Assembly (NCBI GenBank): GCA_963664565.1 | Contig: OY761460.1 | Span: 4,615,104 to 4,679,103, forward strand | Direction of reading: 5' to 3' | Length of the DNA: 64,000 bases | Source: Prolixibacteraceae bacterium | GTDB taxonomy: Bacteria; Bacteroidota; Bacteroidia; Bacteroidales; Prolixibacteraceae | Shown here: positions 61,125-64,000 of the stretch, piece after piece | How the letters are laid out: each line of letters starts with the position of its first letter | Numbering within the stretch: the first letter of the stretch is position 1 | Position numbers and translations under genes: made by a program | Notes under the pieces: model-generated | Databases searched by the model: none | What the model was told of the DNA's origin: nothing | What the model saw: the letters and a program-made list of their open reading frames with translations, nothing else

Positions 61125-62857
61125 CAGACTGTGTGAAAACGACTGTTAAAAAACTCATAAATAGTTTCAAAAACGAGGTTAAACATTTTGCTATTGTGCT
61201 GAATATTAGTATATTCATGTATTATTTTACCTAAAGCAGATGCATTACAAGGAAAAAATATCGAGGGAGCAGATGATGGTTATGTCCTATGAGACCATGA
61301 TTTCGCCGGACAATTCAGTTCGTCTGATAGATTTGGTATGCAAGAAATTTTTCAAAGACCATCCTTTTAACGACCAATGGAAGGGCAATAAAAACACGGG
61401 AAGGAAAAGCTACCCAGCCGATTCGATGTTAAAATTGCTTGTTTACGGCTATTTCAACGGGATAGCAAGCAGCCGCAAACTGGAACGGGAAACCTACCGA
61501 AATACAGAAATGATCTGGTTGATGGAAGGGCTTGAACCCGATCATTGGACAATTTGTGATTTTCGCCGGGAAAGCGAAACGATCATGAAAGACTTTCTGA
61601 AATACTTCCGCAAGTTTTTGCTTGACACCAATTTTGCAACGCCAAACAATGTTGTCTTCGATGGGACTAAAGTAAAAGCCTATGCAAGAAGGGAAATGCT
61701 TACCACAGAAAGCATAAAGGGAAAACTTGAGCATATAGACAAATCGCTTTCGGAGTACCTCTCAAAACTTGAAGACAACGATAGCCATGATGATGAAATG
61801 GAATCGGCCAGAACAGAGATCAGGGAACTGAAAGAAAAAATACAAAAACTCGAATTGGCCAAATCAAAACTGGAACAAGCCGCACAGGCAATTAAAGACA
61901 GCAAAAGAAAATATTACGCACCCAACGACAGGGAAGCCGTAATGGTAAAAGGGCGGGAAGGCAAATTTCCGGGGTACAATGTGCAGGTTGGCGTAGAAAC
62001 CAAAGGCCATTTTATCCTGACAGACCGTGTAACAACAGATGCCAACGACATACAGCAATTAGAAGAATCTTTGGATTCTGTTACAGAACAGACAGGGATT
62101 TCCCCCACAAAAGTATTGGCAGACAAAGGATATAGCAATACAACCCAGATACTTGATATCGAAAAGGACGGAACGGTACAATGCTATATTCCACTGGCTG
62201 AAACCAAACGAGATAAATCAGAAAAAGAAGGTATTTGTTTTGTTTACGACAAAAATAGCGACACCTATACATGCAGTCAAGGGAAGGAACTCGTGTTGTT
62301 TATTAAAAATATACAGCACAGCGCTGCATTCTACAACGTTTATAAATGCCACGAATGCCAAGGGTGTGAAGTGCATGCCAAATGTACAAAATCCAAGACA
62401 GGGAGGACTTTGAAACGCAATGTTGATCAACAGCGCATTGACCAGTACAAAGAAAAAATGGAGAGTGCATTCGCCAGGCAACAGGTCAGGGAACGCAAAC
62501 AGGTAGTGGAACACCCATTTGGTACGATCAAAATGCTGATGGGGAAGTTTAACCTACTCTTGAAAGGAAAAACAAAGGCTCAGATAGAGCTCGACTATTA
62601 CACCGCCGCTTATAACCTGAAGCGGCTGATCGGTTGCGCCCCAATGTCAGAGCTGATTATTAAAATGAGGAAATATCAGTTGGCGATGGCATGAAAAGTG
62701 AGTTAAAACTCACTTTTTGCCCCCTCCAAAATACAAAAATACAGAAAATAGCACATTGAAAATAAAAATTTGTAAAATGCTAAAATCCCCAATGGATGAA
62801 AACATGAAAAGCGAAAAAATTCAATTTGGAATTAAATTGCAATTTTCACACAGTCTG
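61125..62857 (+). mobile_element. IS1182-family insertion sequence, 15-bp terminal IRs, 4-bp TTTA target duplication
   Basis: IRL cagactgtgtgaaaa (61125-61139), IRR ttttcacacagtctg (62843-62857); TTTA at 61121-61124 and 62858-62861. Confidence 0.92.
61240..62694 (+). CDS. IS1182-family DDE transposase
   Basis: GRKSYP, SSRKLE, PDHWTICDFR, DGTKVKA, YNVQ, ADKGY, VEHPFGTIK, AYNLKR. Confidence 0.93.
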   Translation: MHYKEKISREQMMVMSYETMISPDNSVRLIDLVCKKFFKDHPFNDQWKGNKNTGRKSYPADSMLKLLVYGYFNGIASSRKLERETYRNTEMIWLMEGLEPDHWTICDFRRESETIMKDFLKYFRKFLLDTNFATPNNVVFDGTKVKAYARREMLTTESIKGKLEHIDKSLSEYLSKLEDNDSHDDEMESARTEIRELKEKIQKLELAKSKLEQAAQAIKDSKRKYYAPNDREAVMVKGREGKFPGYNVQVGVETKGHFILTDRVTTDANDIQQLEESLDSVTEQTGISPTKVLADKGYSNTTQILDIEKDGTVQCYIPLAETKRDKSEKEGICFVYDKNSDTYTCSQGKELVLFIKNIQHSAAFYNVYKCHECQGCEVHAKCTKSKTGRTLKRNVDQQRIDQYKEKMESAFARQQVRERKQVVEHPFGTIKMLMGKFNLLLKGKTKAQIELDYYTAAYNLKRLIGCAPMSELIIKMRKYQLAMA

Positions 62858-62965
62858 TTTAGCCAACGGATATGAAGAAATAAACAAGTTGGGCTTTAGC
62901 CAAAAATATTTTAGTTTGCCGCAGCCCCTAGAAACGTTTAGAACCAAAATAAGACCTAATAGTAT

Positions 62966-64000
62966 ATGATGAGAACATTCTTTCTTACGATTGGCACAGT
63001 TCTTTTATTTAGCATTCTTGCCTTTGCCGATGATCACCTGAAATCCTCAAATAAAGAACCTAAACTCCTGTTGGGAGTCGATCAAAAATCGGATGGTACA
63101 ACGTTCCCCGGCGATATCGAATGCTCGCCACGGCCAGTTTACCGCTACCGGAAGGATGGCAAACCCGGAAGGGAAATCAGCATCAGCTTGAGGCATGGGA
63201 AAATCGGCAATAAGGCTTGTGTAAAGGTTGTTGCCGGAGGCTTGACCGAAATTACCAATCTTGCCCCCGAAAGTGTTGGCGACTCGGTTTGCAGCGTATT
63301 GTTGCCTGCGAATGTTGGTCTAAGCAAGGAAGAAAAAGTAAGTCTTACTTTGATACAAGACAACAAGAAATTTCAGAAAACAGTGATTGTGCCGCCCATG
63401 CGCCATTGGAACGTTTACCTATATAATCATTCACATGTTGACATTGGGTACACCAATACTCAGAAGAACATCGAAACACTGCATAAAACCAATATCGTAG
63501 AGGGGATTAAACTGGCCGAGGCCACCAAGGATTTTCCCGAAGGGTCGCGCTATTGTTGGAATCCAGAGGTCACCTGGCCTTTGGAACGGCTTTGGCAATC
63601 AATGCCCCAGGAACACGAGAATGTATTGAACGCAATCCGCAAAGGCTATTTGTGCGTTGATGCCAGTTACCTGAACATGAACACCAGTGTATGCTCTGAC
63701 GAAGAAATGTTTCATATATTTAGTTTCAGCCGTAAAATGCAGAAGCTCACCGGAAAGCCGATGGACGTTTTCCAACAGGTTGACATACCGGGCGTTTCGT
63801 GGGGATTGGTGCCGGTGATGGCGCAGGAAGGCGTGCGGTACATCATGCTGTGGCCCAACTGTGCGCGTTCGGGCAATGGCCATAAAGATATTGAACCATA
63901 CCCTTTATGGTGGGTTGCCCCTGACGGTAAATCGAAAGTGCTTTTCTTCCAGCCTGGTATGTACGCCAGCAGCGGTAGCATGGATAAGGGTGGAAAAACC
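62966..64000 (+). CDS. GH38-like glycoside hydrolase, truncated by window edge
   Basis: Manual translation from ATG 62966: MMRTFFLTIG...PPMRHWNVYLYNHSHVDIGYTNTQ; HSHVDIGY is a GH38 N-terminal metal-binding motif. Not in the ORF track. Confidence 0.8.
   Translation, partial: MMRTFFLTIGTVLLFSILAFADDHLKSSNKEPKLLLGVDQKSDGTTFPGDIECSPRPVYRYRKDGKPGREISISLRHGKIGNKACVKVVAGGLTEITNLAPESVGDSVCSVLLPANVGLSKEEKVSLTLIQDNKKFQKTVIVPPMRHWNVYLYNHSHVDIGYTNTQKNIETLHKTNIVEGIKLAEATKDFPEGSRYCWNPEVTWPLERLWQSMPQEHENVLNAIRKGYLCVDASYLNMNTSVCSDEEMFHIFSFSRKMQKLTGKPMDVFQQVDIPGVSWGLVPVMAQEGVRYIMLWPNCARSGNGHKDIEPYPLWWVAPDGKSKVLFFQPGMYASSGSMDKGGKT

Overview
Bacteroidota chromosomal DNA (SusC/SusD, ECF-sigma/FecR pairs, TAnnTTTG promoter boxes). 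Bases 1-13.6 kb hold a minus-strand, divergent type I (I-B-like) CRISPR-Cas locus: WYL regulator, two cas6, cas5, cas3, cas8, cas7 and cas4. No cas1/cas2 or array is in the window; they probably lie off the left edge. The locus is interrupted by a REP-associated tyrosine transposase (RAYT) with six REP hairpins, two GxxExxY genes and several uncharacterised genes. The best finding lies between cas6 and cas5: a plus-strand promoter-like box, one CRISPR repeat ending ATTGAAAT, a 33-nt spacer and a terminator (about 8261-8371). The spacer matches 18/21 nt, with mismatches at positions 6, 12 and 14, to a CCA-flanked site in the divergent promoter of an AT-rich ~80-aa orphan ORF that heads the cas5-cas3-cas8-cas7 operon. 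This is a candidate crRNA-like repressor, possibly paired with a CRISPR-repressed protein toxin. Bases 14-51 kb are a large polysaccharide utilisation locus (PUL): ECF/FecR, tandem SusC/D pairs, GH106, two GH78, GH43-CBM6 and several unclassified hydrolases. Bases 51.8-64 kb are a second PUL (ECF/FecR/SusC/SusD, Gfo/Idh/MocA, GH38-like) with an IS1182-family element inserted in the loop of a palindrome. All family calls come from motif recognition by eye, not database searches.
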